From NCBI GenBank assembly GCA_963749655.1, contig CAVVOB010000019.1, positions 64,001-128,000 on the forward strand: a stretch of DNA of 64,000 nucleotides. Direction: 5' to 3'. A program made the position numbers and the translations under genes. Numbering within the stretch: the first letter of the stretch is position 1; every line of letters starts with the position of its first letter. Below are positions 9,800-22,558 of this stretch, piece by piece. A model generated the notes under the pieces. The model made no database searches. It had not been told where the DNA came from and saw only the letters and a list, made by a program, of their open reading frames with translations. This DNA comes from Nitrospirota bacterium. GTDB lineage: Bacteria > Nitrospirota > UBA9217.

Positions 9800-11281
9800 G
9801 TGAAAAACATCATATTCATCATAGCCAAAATCATATCCATAATGGCCCTCGTCATCGTCGCTCTCTGGTGTGCGGTACCCTTTGCGCTCTACTTTACCGA
9901 CATGCGGGCATCACGCTACCTGCCTGCTTTCATCGCGCTCTTAACGCTGCTCCTGGCGATTCCCGCCTTCGTGCAATACACCAGGCAAAGAAAGCTCGAA
10001 GCTCTCCTTACGTGCTATGCCTGGCTTTGTGCGAGCGCAATTCTTTCAAGCGCCTCCTGGGCCGGCATTGGAGTGATGGAACTGAGCTATCCCATATCAG
10101 TAGCTCTCTTCGGCACCATATTCATATTGATCGCCGCTGTCCTGCTTGTTCTCTATACCCGGAACGTTCTCTTCTCCTTTGCCGCAGCCCCTCCTTCCAA
10201 CCCTCTGCCGAAATTACGGGCGATTTTAACCACTCCCATAAAGCCCTTATATTTCCTTTCCGCTCTTCTGGCAATTCTCATAGTGCTTTACATAAAAGCT
10301 GACATTAAATATGTGCCCCAGCTTGTTTTAAGGCAGCCGCAGGCGCAGAACACTCCTGCCCCGCCTGTTGTCCTGACGGCCGTATCGCAAATGACAGCTG
10401 CCCTGCCGAATAGCAATGAAGTCCGGGCAAGGGAGAATCTTCCGAGCCGGGCTGAAATTTTAAATAAGATCGAATCAATTCAGATCGAAAAGGCCAAGTT
10501 AATAAGTATTTTTAAAAATACCAGGAGCCCGGAAGCAGATTCTGCTTTACGTGCATTTATTGCTTTTCATTCTCAGATAGTAGGAGATCTGCAGGCGGAC
10601 TTTTCAAATCACCAGGAATACCAGACCGTATTAAACGAGACCGGCGGATTGAGCTCCGATCTTCCGGACGAGCTTCAGGGTCAATATGCCGATGCCTTGC
10701 AGCTGCTGCAAAAGTATAAAGACTGCGGAATAGGTTTCACAGGACTTTCGGAAGGCATGGGCTGGGCGTTGGAGCAAGACCCTGACTATATCATTCGCAC
10801 GGCGCGAGAGTTCAAGAGCGATTACGGCGAATTTGTCGTCTTTTATTATAACGAAAACAGGGAGAGTCTCGGAATGGATGCGAATTTGAATCTGACCTGG
10901 GACGATCTCCGAAAGAAGATCATTCGGTTTGAAACTTTTGCAAAGCAGCATAAACAGCTGTCGGAAGTAGAATCGCACATAAAACCCATGACTCGAACCA
11001 TGCTCTCTTTTTATATCGAGGGCATGGACAACACGCCTGCTTATGACGCATGGAAGAGCGGAACAGGAAAGATCGACGAGGAACTAAAGGCGAGCTATCT
11101 CACGTTCGTGAATGAAAACAGAAATTCCGATTATTACAGCCTCATTCAAGGTATCGTTAATAATTTAAGAAAGCATGATTTCAAACTAAGCAGCGACCTC
11201 GTTTCATTCGTCCGCAGCCAAAACATAGACGTGTTTCACTGGTCTTCTGTGCAGGAATACCTGAAAAAGACTTCATCTTAA
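9800..11281 (+). CDS. Hypothetical membrane protein with large soluble C-terminal domain
   Basis: About five hydrophobic segments, a Pro/Gln linker, then a helical domain with TWDDL and GMDNTPAY. Confidence 0.7.
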   Translation: MKNIIFIIAKIISIMALVIVALWCAVPFALYFTDMRASRYLPAFIALLTLLLAIPAFVQYTRQRKLEALLTCYAWLCASAILSSASWAGIGVMELSYPISVALFGTIFILIAAVLLVLYTRNVLFSFAAAPPSNPLPKLRAILTTPIKPLYFLSALLAILIVLYIKADIKYVPQLVLRQPQAQNTPAPPVVLTAVSQMTAALPNSNEVRARENLPSRAEILNKIESIQIEKAKLISIFKNTRSPEADSALRAFIAFHSQIVGDLQADFSNHQEYQTVLNETGGLSSDLPDELQGQYADALQLLQKYKDCGIGFTGLSEGMGWALEQDPDYIIRTAREFKSDYGEFVVFYYNENRESLGMDANLNLTWDDLRKKIIRFETFAKQHKQLSEVESHIKPMTRTMLSFYIEGMDNTPAYDAWKSGTGKIDEELKASYLTFVNENRNSDYYSLIQGIVNNLRKHDFKLSSDLVSFVRSQNIDVFHWSSVQEYLKKTSS

Positions 11282-11296
11282 GCGCAACAAAAAATA

Positions 11297-12125
11297 TCAC
11301 GCTGTTTTGATCACTCCATTCCGGCAAACCTTTTCCCTGTTCTCGATCCTTCGTTTCATGATTAATTTATCGTTGTCATAACGCGCGTCCGACAAATTCC
11401 AGATTCTCTGGTGCCAGACATGAAAAACGACCGCCAGTCCTCTGACGGATTTTACCTTTTTCCCCTGGTTCAGGACCCGTATCCCGAGATCATTGTCCTC
11501 GACCGCATACTGGAAATCCTCATCATAGCCGTTGACCTCCATGAACAGGGATTTATACAGGCTGCAATTGCACCCCCAAATGCCGTCGTCGGTAATCCTG
11601 TCGCGGTGAAAAAGTTTCCGCAACAAGGAATTGGTAATGATTATCCCCTCCTCGATTTTTCTTGAGCGGTGACGAATTGAATCTACGATCAACGCCGGGG
11701 TCAGGGACGCGGTAACTTTTTGTTTGCTCAGAAGCTGCTCGGAAAATTCTTTTCCCAGGTCCACGCGTTTTCCTCCCAGGATCGCCGCGGGATCGCTCTG
11801 GTTGACATGGTAGCGGACAAAATGTTTATGCGCCAGACAGTCCTGATCGGTAAAAATGAGGTACTCCCCTGAACATTCCCGTACCGCCTTGTTCAAGATG
11901 GCTCGATCGCCGGTACCCGATGTCTTCGTGCCACACATGTCTGATGGGTAACTGCTTCTTATATTGTTCCTGCATCTCCTGCACCAGCTTCCGCGTTTCT
12001 TCCTTGCTGCCGTCGTCGGCAATGACGACTTCCGAGGGAAGCACGCTTTGCGCTGCAAGACTCATCATGGCCAGTCTTAAATAGTCCGGTTTGTTGTATG
12101 TAGTAATGATGACCGAGGTTTTCAT
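11297..12125 (-). CDS. Glycosyltransferase family 2, frameshift near 11910
   Basis: SVIITTYN, IADDGS, HVWHED, FTDQDC, VNGYDE..EDNDLG.R. Confidence 0.88.
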
Positions 12126-12206
12126 GGCAGAGGAATAAGTTCCTTTCTTTTCTTTATCATGATAATTTATTATGAGTGAATTCCGGGTGGAGCAACAAGG
12201 GACGCA

Positions 12207-13082
12207 TCAGGAAAGCGAGCACTGTTCGGCGTGATAGGAGCTCCTGACCAGCGGTCCGGCAGCCACGGCGCTAAACCCCATGGACAATGCGCGTTCTCGC
12301 AGCAGGTGGAATTCTTCAGGTGTGTAATAGCGCTTAACAGAGAGATGCTTCTGCGATGGCCGAAGGTATTGTCCGAGCGTCAGGATATCGCAGCCCACGC
12401 TGCGCAGGTCTTCCATGACCGAGATGATTTCGTTCTCCCCTTCCCCCAGCCCGAGCATCAGTCCTGTCTTGGTAACGGCGCCGAGTTTTTTTGCCCTTTG
12501 AAGAAGTTTGAGCGACCGCGCATAGTCCGCCTGAGGACGAACGATCGGATAGAGCGACGGCACGGTTTCCACATTATGGTTCAGGACATCGGGACAGGCC
12601 GAGAGGACCATTGCAAGCGCTTCTTCAGACCCCTGAAGATCGGGAATCAGGACCTCGACCTTGCAGCCGGAGTTCCTGGCGCGGATCGCATTGATCGTGG
12701 CCGTGAACAGCGATGCGCCGCCGTCCTGCAGGTCGTCTCTCGTCACCGAGGTTATTACGGCATACCGCAGCCCGAGAGCTTCCACGGCAGCGGCCACGCG
12801 GTCAGGCTCGTCAAGATCGATGGCCGAGGGCTTTCCCTTCGGGACGTTGCAGAACCTGCACCCCCGGGAACAGGTATTGCCGAGGATCATGAAGGTGGCG
12901 GTTCCCCGGCTCCAGCACTCCGACTGGTTCGGACAGGCGGCGCTCTGGCAGACCGTGTGAAGCTTGCCCTTTCTGACGAGCTGTCCCACGGCCGCGGTGC
13001 GCTCGTTCACTGTCAGGCGTATTTTGAACCACGGCGGCAGCCTGTCGTGCCGTCCCCCCCTACGAAAGTCGCTCAACACCAC
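12207..13082 (-). CDS. lipA: Lipoyl synthase
   Basis: TVCQSAACPNQSECW, CSRGCRFC, TLGQYLRP, PLVRSSY. Confidence 0.97.
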   Translation of the reverse strand: MVLSDFRRGGRHDRLPPWFKIRLTVNERTAAVGQLVRKGKLHTVCQSAACPNQSECWSRGTATFMILGNTCSRGCRFCNVPKGKPSAIDLDEPDRVAAAVEALGLRYAVITSVTRDDLQDGGASLFTATINAIRARNSGCKVEVLIPDLQGSEEALAMVLSACPDVLNHNVETVPSLYPIVRPQADYARSLKLLQRAKKLGAVTKTGLMLGLGEGENEIISVMEDLRSVGCDILTLGQYLRPSQKHLSVKRYYTPEEFHLLRERALSMGFSAVAAGPLVRSSYHAEQCSLS

Positions 13083-13088
13083 TCCTTG

Positions 13089-15527
<2,439 letters not shown>

Positions 15528-15542
15528 CTTGCTATTCCTTAT

Positions 15543-15944
15543 CTATTCAAGCTTTTGGAGCGTGATCTTCAGCAAGCCATTCTTATACTCCGCCTTAACC
15601 TGTCGTGGTCTACCGGAGCATGGATTGCAATTTCCGACCTGAAGTCACCGTATTTGATGCCCAGCTGGTGACAGGCGTTCATCTCCGTCGACCGGCTGTT
15701 CCCTCCTCCCCTCCACGACCAGAAGATCGCTGAACAGCGTGACGATCATATCGCTCTTCAGCCACCCCCGCCAGTTCAATGACGACGATGATCTCGTCGG
15801 GCGTTTCATATATGTCCGTCGGTGGACGCCAAGCGATCGTTGAATGCATGGGCCAGACCCGAATGATTCCCAGACCGCTCTGAAATGCCGCATCCGGATC
15901 GTACCTCGCCGGGTATATTTATAGGCAATGTATCGGTAACGCAC
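15543..15944 (-). CDS. Hsp20/alpha-crystallin small heat-shock protein, frameshifted
   Basis: GGAGGAGG RBS + GTG (MRYRYIAYKY); LVVEGRR; C-terminal VKAEYKNGLLKITLQK. Confidence 0.8.
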
Positions 15945-16383
15945 GTGCAGCCTCCTCCTTTCAATGCAAAGCTCTGAACTCATGCTATTATAACTTGTTT
16001 AGACGCTGAAAGAAAAATACAAAAACCGTATCATTACATACTGAAATCTTTTCCCGGAAGCAACAAGACAGCTCGCTTCTCACCGTTGCACCGAAACCGC
16101 TTTCATCTGCTGTACAACGTTCATTTACTGAATCTGCAACAAGAATGACAAAATTTGCTCTCGACAAACCGATGAAATTCTTTGCTATATTCAAAAGTTA
16201 ATCTAGATCATTAAAGTTCATTTATAACAGTTTCCAACCTCATGAACTATACCACACCTTATCTTAATTCCAGCTGATATCATGCGCCTATTCGCAGGCA
16301 GCAGACATCCTCGTCTTAATTGTACCATGCATACAGTATAAAAAACTTGCACAGAGCATAAACAATCTTAAGGAGGATTGACT

Positions 16384-19300
16384 ATGGGAGTATCAAGACG
16401 CGATTTTCTGAAGATCTCAGGCAGCACCGTTCTGCTCGGTTCTCTCGGCGTCAACCTTGATCCTGCCAAGGCCTATGCGCAAGGCCTGAGGATCAAGGAC
16501 GCGAAAGAGACGCAGCACGATCTGCCCGTTCTGCTTCGGTGGGCTGCGGCATCATCGTCCACACCAAGGACGGAAAGGTCATCAACACCGAGGGCGATCC
16601 CGATCATCCGATCAATGAAGGCACACTCTGCTCAAAAGGCTCATCGCTGTACCAGATCATCAACAATCCGCTCCGGATTGACCAAACCCAAGTATCGCGC
16701 ACCGGGCGCAGCGGAATGCAAGGAAGTGGAATGGGACTGGGCGCTCGACGAGATCGCGAAACGGGTCAAGGACACCCGCGACAAGACCTTCAAGCTCACC
16801 TCGAAGTCCAAAGTCAAGGAAAAACAGCCGGACGGCACGGAAAAAGAGGTCGAAAAGGACTTCACGGTCAACCGGACCGACGGCATCGCCCATGTGGGGA
16901 GCGCGGCCCTGGACAATGAAGAGTGCTACATGCTCCAGAAGATGCTCCGGTCCTGGGGCCTGGTCTACATAGAACATCAGGCGCGTATCTGACACTCCGC
17001 AACTGTAGCGGCTCTGGGAGAGTCGTTCGGACGCGGTGCAATGACGAACCACTGGATCGATATTAAAAATGCCGATGTCATCCTCGTTATGGGGAGCAAT
17101 CCAGCATCGAACCATCCCATTTCCATGAAATGGGTCATGAAGGCCAAGGAAAAAGGCGCGAAGCTGATCGTCGTGGACCCCCGCTTCACGCAGACCGCGG
17201 CCAAGGCCGATGTGTACGCATCCATGCGTTCCGGCACGGACATCGCCTTCCTCGGCGGGATGATCAAGTACATCCTCGATAACAATCTCATCTTCAAGGA
17301 ATACGTCGTCAACTACACGAATGCCCCGTTCCTCGTGAATCCCGATTTCAAGGGGCCGGCCGATCTGAACGGCCTCTTCTCGGGCTATGACGAAAAGACC
17401 AGGAAATACGACAAGAAAACCTGGTCCTTCCAGATGGACGAGAACGGCATCCCGAAAAAGGACCCATCGCTCAAGGACCCGCACTGCGTGTACCAGCTCC
17501 TGAAGAAGCACTATTCCCGCTACACCCTCGACAAGGTCTCGAGCATCACCGGCACACCCAAGGAAAAACTGGTCGAGGTCTACAAGCTCTATGCTTCAAC
17601 CGGCAAGCCGAACCGGGTCGGGCACCGAGCTCTACGCCATGGGCTGGACCCAGCACACCATCGGGACCCAGAACATCAGGGCCATGACCATCATCCAGCT
17701 GCTGCTCGGCAACATGGGCATGGCGGGCGGCGGCATCAACGCCCTGCGCGGCGAGAGCAATGTTCAGGGTTCGACGGACCACGGTCTGTTGTTCCATATC
17801 CTCCCGGGCTATCTGCCGACACCGACCGCGTCTGTCGATCGCCCTTCCGGCCTACATCGAGAAATACACGCCCAAGACCAAGGAACCGAAGAGCGTGAAC
17901 TGGTGGTCCAACCGCGGCAAGTACATCACCAGCTACCTCAAGGCCATTTACGGGGACAAGGCGAACAAGGAAAACGATTTCGGCTATGCGCTGGCTGCCC
18001 AAGCTCGATGAAGGCATGAACGCCTCGTGGCTCATGATGTTCGACAAGATGCTCAAGGGCAAGTTCGAAGGCTTCTTTGCCTGGGGCCAGAACCCGGCCT
18101 GTTCCGGCGCCAATTCGAACAAGACCCGGCAGGCGCTCGCCAAGCTCAAATGGATGGTGAACGTCAACCTCTTCGACAACGAGACCGGCTCGTTCTGGAA
18201 GGGTCCGGGCATGAACCCGAAGGATATCCAGACCGAGGTCTTCCTGCTCCCTGCGCATCCTCCGTGGAAAAGGAAGGCAGCCTTTCGAACTCCGGACGGT
18301 GGGCGCAGTGGCGCTACAAGGCCATCGATCCGATCGGCGAGTCCAAGCCCGACTCGGAGATCATGAACGAGCTGTACTTCCGGGTAAAGAGCCTCTACCA
18401 GAAGGAGGGCGGAAAGTTCCCCGACCCCATCGTGAACCTGACCTGGAATTACGGGGAAAAGGACGCCCAGGGAAAGATCAAGGAAGTCAATATCCACAAC
18501 GTGGCCAAGGAGATCAACGGCTACTACCTCGAGGATGTGTACGACAAGACCGTGACCCCGCCCAAGCTCCTCGGCAAAAAGGGCGAGCTCTGCGCTTCCT
18601 TTGTTCATCTGCAGGCGGACGGCACCACCTCATGCGGCTGCTGGATCTACTCGCAGAGCTACACCCAGAAGGAAGGCAAGATCATCAACATGATGGCGCG
18701 GCGCGGCAAGGACGATCCGACCGGCCTCGGCCTGTATCCGGAATGGGCCTGGGCCTGGCCGGTCAACCGGCAGGATCATCTACAACCGCGCCTCGGTCGA
18801 CCCCAACGGCAAACCGTGGGACCCGAAGCGGCGGTCATCAAGTGGGACCCGGTCAAGGAAGATCCGGCGACCAAGAAACCCGGGTACTGGGTAGGAGATG
18901 TCCCCGACGGACCGGCGCCGCCCATGGCGACGGAAAAAGGAAAATTACCCTTCATCATGATGGCAACGGCGTTGGCGCACATTTTCGGCCCCGGTCTCGC
19001 TGACGGCCCCTTCCCCGAGCACTACGAGGCGCTTGAATGTCCGCTCGAGGAAAACTCGATGTCCAAACAGCGGATCAATCCGACGATCAAGCTCTTCGGC
19101 GACAAGGAGGACGCTTTCTTCTCCTGCGATATGCGGTTTCCCTTTGTTGCGACGACCTACCGGGTGTCGGAACACTGGCAGACCGGCGTCATGACGCGAC
19201 ACGAGCCGTGGCTGCTCGAGATGCAGCCCCAGATGTTCGTCGAAATGAGCGAAGAGCTGGCAAAGGAAAAATGCATCGAGAACGGCGAGAAGGTCATGGT

Positions 19301-19535
19301 GACATCCGGCCGCGGCGAGCTGTGGGCGATTGCCATCGTCACGAGCCGGTTCAAACCCTTCAAGATCGCCGGCTCGACCGTGCACCAGGTCGGCCTTCCC
19401 TGGCATTTCGGCTGGCAGTATCCCGAGGACGGCAGCGGCGGTGACAGCGCGAACCTGCTGACACCGACCGTCGGCGATGCCAATACCATGATACCCGAAT
19501 CCAAGGCCTTTATGGTCAACGTCGTGAAGGCATAG
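16384..19535 (+). CDS. fdnG: Formate dehydrogenase alpha subunit (Tat-exported, Mo/W-bisPGD, selenocysteine), with indel frameshifts
   Basis: SRRDFLK Tat signal, EGDPDHPINEGTLCSKG, HQARI-UGA-HSATVAALGESFGRGAMTNHW, ALRGESNVQG, FPEHYE, IPESKAFMVNV. Confidence 0.93.
17008..17026 (+). promoter_or_regulatory. Bacterial SECIS hairpin
   Basis: GCGGCUCU-GGG-AGAGUCGU 8-bp stem with G-rich loop, 15 nt after in-frame UGA 16990-16992. Confidence 0.75.
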
Positions 19536-19545
19536 GGGGAGAACC

Positions 19546-20321
19546 ATGACGACAAATAACAAAAGAAAAGCAATGCTCGTCTACTCCGGAGCTCTGCATC
19601 GGGTGCAGGGGATGCCAGATCGCCTGCAAGTCCTGGAACCAGCTCCCGGGCACGAAGACGAAGAACACCGGGACCATCAGAATCCGCCGGACCTGTCGGC
19701 TACGGCATTCAACATCATCCGCTACAGCGAGGTCCCGTCGAAGACGAATCCCGTGCGCTGGCTCTTCGTCAGCCGGCGGTGCATGCACTGCGACGACGCG
19801 GGATGCATGAAGATCTGTCCGCTCCGGGCGCGCTCTTCAGGACGAAGGAAGGTGCCGTGGCCTTCGACAAGGACAAATGCATCGGCTGCAAGCTCTGCGT
19901 GGCGGGCTGCCCCTTCGATGTGCCCCGGTATGACGCGAAGGACAAGATCGGAAATGCCATCTCTGCGCCGACCGGATCGCCGAAGGCCTGCCACCGGCCT
20001 GCGCCAAGACCTGCCCGACCGGCGCACTCAAGTTCGGCGACCGGGACGCTCTGGTCGCATCGGCGCAAGAAGCGGGCTATGCCAAGAGTGTACGGAGAAG
20101 CGGACCTGGGCGGACTCGGCACGCTCTACGCCTTCAAGGACGCTCCGAAGCTCTACGGCATGAACGAGAAACCGGCCATCGCGGAAAGCGTCATCTTCTG
20201 GCACAAGGTGCTGAAACCGCTGTCAGTCATCGGACTGGGCGGCGTCGTTGCCGGCGCCCTGATCCACTACGCACTGATCGGTCCGCACAAGGATGAAGAT
20301 GAGGAGGTGAAAAAATCATGA
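19546..20321 (+). CDS. fdnH: Formate dehydrogenase Fe-S subunit, frameshifted
   Basis: CIGCRGCQIACK, CMHC..AGC..IC, CIGCKLCVAGCPF, C-terminal TM helix across shifted frames. Confidence 0.88.
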
Positions 20322-20927
20322 GCGAGATGGTAAGAAAAGCGAGTACCGAAGAGATCGTCAATCACTGGATCCTGGCCGTAAGCTGCCTCCTGCTGATGAT
20401 CACCGGGTACGCATTCCTGTTCAAGCTGGAGCCGATCTATGCCGTGTTCGGCGGCAACGCTTCGATGAAGGTCGTGCACAACTGGGCAGGCGTGGTTTTC
20501 ACGCTCTCCCTTGTCGGCACGATTTTCAACTATCTCGGAGAATCCCTGACCTATGACGCCGACGACTGGGCCTGGATCAAGATGGGCGGCGGCTATCTGT
20601 CCAAGCACGCGATAAAAGCTCCGCCCATGGGGAAGCTGAACACGGGCCAGAAGTTCTACTATCTCGTGATCCTGGCTGCGGGCATCGTGATCGCCGCGTC
20701 GGGATTTTCCATCTGGCTGGTCCAGGGCTCCCGGGCGCTGACCCTCGTGTCCCACCTGATGCACAACCTCGCCTTTATCCTGTTCGTGGTGGCCGTTCCG
20801 GCCCATGCCTATCTCGGCACGCTCGCGAATCCCGGCACGCTTCAGGATCATGCTTTCCGGCACGGTACCGATCGAATTCGCCCGGAAGAAATATCCCAAG
20901 TGGATGAAGGAGATCGGGAAGATGTAG
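20318..20927 (+). CDS. fdnI: Formate dehydrogenase cytochrome b (gamma) subunit, frameshift near 20840
   Basis: NHW, HNWAG, GKLNTGQKFYY, HNL, HAY; shifted frame ends KKYPKWMKEIGKM*. Confidence 0.88.
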
Positions 20928-20967
20928 TTCCAAGTTCCAAAAGTTCCGGGTTCCAAGTTCAAAATAA

Positions 20968-21000
20968 AAACCCCGTCTTTGATACCCAAAGACGGGGTTT
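20968..21000. terminator. Bidirectional intrinsic terminator between fdnI and htpX
   Basis: AAACCCCGTCTTTG-atacc-CAAAGACGGGGTTT perfect 14-bp stem between convergent genes. Confidence 0.8.
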
Positions 21001-21103
21001 CTTATCTTTCATTCTATATTCCGGATTTACTGCACTCCTGGCCCCTTACCCTGCCCCTTGCTACCGGACCCTTGCCCTACCTAATTCCGCACTCCGAATT
21101 ATT

Positions 21104-21960
21104 CTATCCCCTTCCTCTTGCCATCTCGTTCAGCCGCTTCACCCGCTCTGCGATCGGCGGATGGGTGCTGAAGAGCTTCATCAGACCGCCTCCGGTCAGC
21201 GGGTTCACGATGAACATGTGGGCAGTGGCAGGCTTTGCGTCGGTCATCGGAACGACCTGGGACCCGCGCTCGAGTTTCAGGAGCGCATTGGCAAGGCCCG
21301 AGGGGCTGCCTGCGATACCTGCTCCGCCTTTGTCCGCTTCGAACTCCCGCGTGCGCGAGATGGCCATCTGGACAAGCATGGCCGCGATCGGCGCCACGAT
21401 CATCATGACCAGCGCCGCGATCGGGCTGCCGTCCACGGTCGTCATCACGCCGGCCTCCGCCGAAGATCATGGCCCACTGGGCCATCTGGGCGAGCATGCT
21501 GATAGCGCCCGCGATCGTCGCCACAATGGTGCCTGTCAGCATGTCCCGGTGCTTGATATGCGCCAGCTCGTGGGCGATCACGCCGGACAGCTCCTCGCGG
21601 TTCAGGATCCGCATGATACCCTCCGTGACCGCTACGACCGCATGTTCCGGGTTCCTGCCCGTGGCAAAGGCGTTCGGCGTTTCATCAGGGATGATATAGA
21701 CCTTCGGCATCGGCATGCCGGCCTTCTGGACCAGCGTGCGGACGATGGCATGAAGCTCCGGAGCCTGGGCCTCGGTCACCGGCTGGGCATTGTACATTCT
21801 GAGCACGATCTTGTCGCTGAACCAGTAGGACCCGAAATTCATGATCACCGCCAGCCCGAACGCGAAGATCATTCCGCTCCTGCCGCCGATAGCTGCTCCC
21901 GACGAATACCAGGAGCACCGTCATGAATACCATGAGCCCGATGGTTTTCACTGTATTCAT
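21104..21960 (-). CDS. htpX: Zinc metalloprotease HtpX, frameshifted
   Basis: [33 protein letters not shown]. Confidence 0.94.
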
Positions 21961-22071
21961 TGCTGTTTATTCAACCTCCTCATGAAAAATTGTCCTTTTT
22001 TACTGCTCTGACAAAGTACCACAGTCACCTGCGGCAGTCAAGGAGAACGGACGAGGCGGATCAATTTTCTG

Positions 22072-22100
22072 TTGACAAGGATAGACCACTTTGTTATATT
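22072..22100 (+). promoter_or_regulatory. Sigma70 promoter of tRNA operon
   Basis: TTGACA-17 nt-TATATT, 34 nt upstream of tRNA-Gly. Confidence 0.75.
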
Positions 22101-22134
22101 TGCAGGGCTTGAAGGGAACAAAACGAGTCTTCAT

Positions 22135-22210
22135 GCGGGTGTAGCTCAGTTGGTAGAGCGCGACCTTGCCAAGGTTGAGGTCACGGGTTCGAGTCCCGCC
22201 ACCCGCTCCA
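22135..22210 (+). tRNA. tRNA-Gly(GCC)
   Basis: GCGGGTG/CACCCGC acceptor stem, AGCTCAGTTGGTAGAGC D-arm, TTGCCAA anticodon loop, GGTTCGAG, encoded CCA. Confidence 0.96.
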
Positions 22211-22343
22211 TTAATTCAGTCCAAAGTTTTGAGTTCGGAGTTCGGAGTTGACCCCTTTTTCGTAACTTCGGCTCACATTTCCTGGTTTTTACTTCCGGCT
22301 CTCAACTCACAACTCTCAGCGCAAAACTCAGGGCTTAGGTATC

Positions 22344-22419
22344 GGCGGCGTAGCCAAGTGGCTAAGGCAGAGGTCTGCAAAACCTTCATTCATCGGTTCA
22401 AATCCGATCGCCGCCTCCA
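22344..22419 (+). tRNA. tRNA-Cys(GCA)
   Basis: GGCGGCG/CGCCGCC acceptor stem, CTGCAAA anticodon loop, GGTTCAAATCC, CCA end. Confidence 0.96.
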
Positions 22420-22558
22420 TTTTTTCAACCACAGATGAACACGGATTAACACCAGATCATATAACACGAGAAGTTTATCTCTTCTTCCCGTTTTCTCGTT
22501 TTTCCCATCCGCGTTCATCTGTGATTCCAATTCTCATCAGGTCCTTGGTCTTAACCCT

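Noticed and set aside
12150-12182. Possible right-hand dif remnant (CATGATAA-TTTA-TTATGAG) closing the island
   Set aside because: Spacer too short and XerD arm does not match; not supportable.
15988-16370. Moco/tungsten riboswitch or small ORF upstream of fdnG
   Set aside because: AT-rich divergent promoter region; I could not see the conserved riboswitch helices, and the 68-aa ORF has no support.
22135-22419. tRNA genes as an integration site for an island
   Set aside because: No duplicated tRNA 3' end or integrase seen; flanked by core genes htpX and dnaE.
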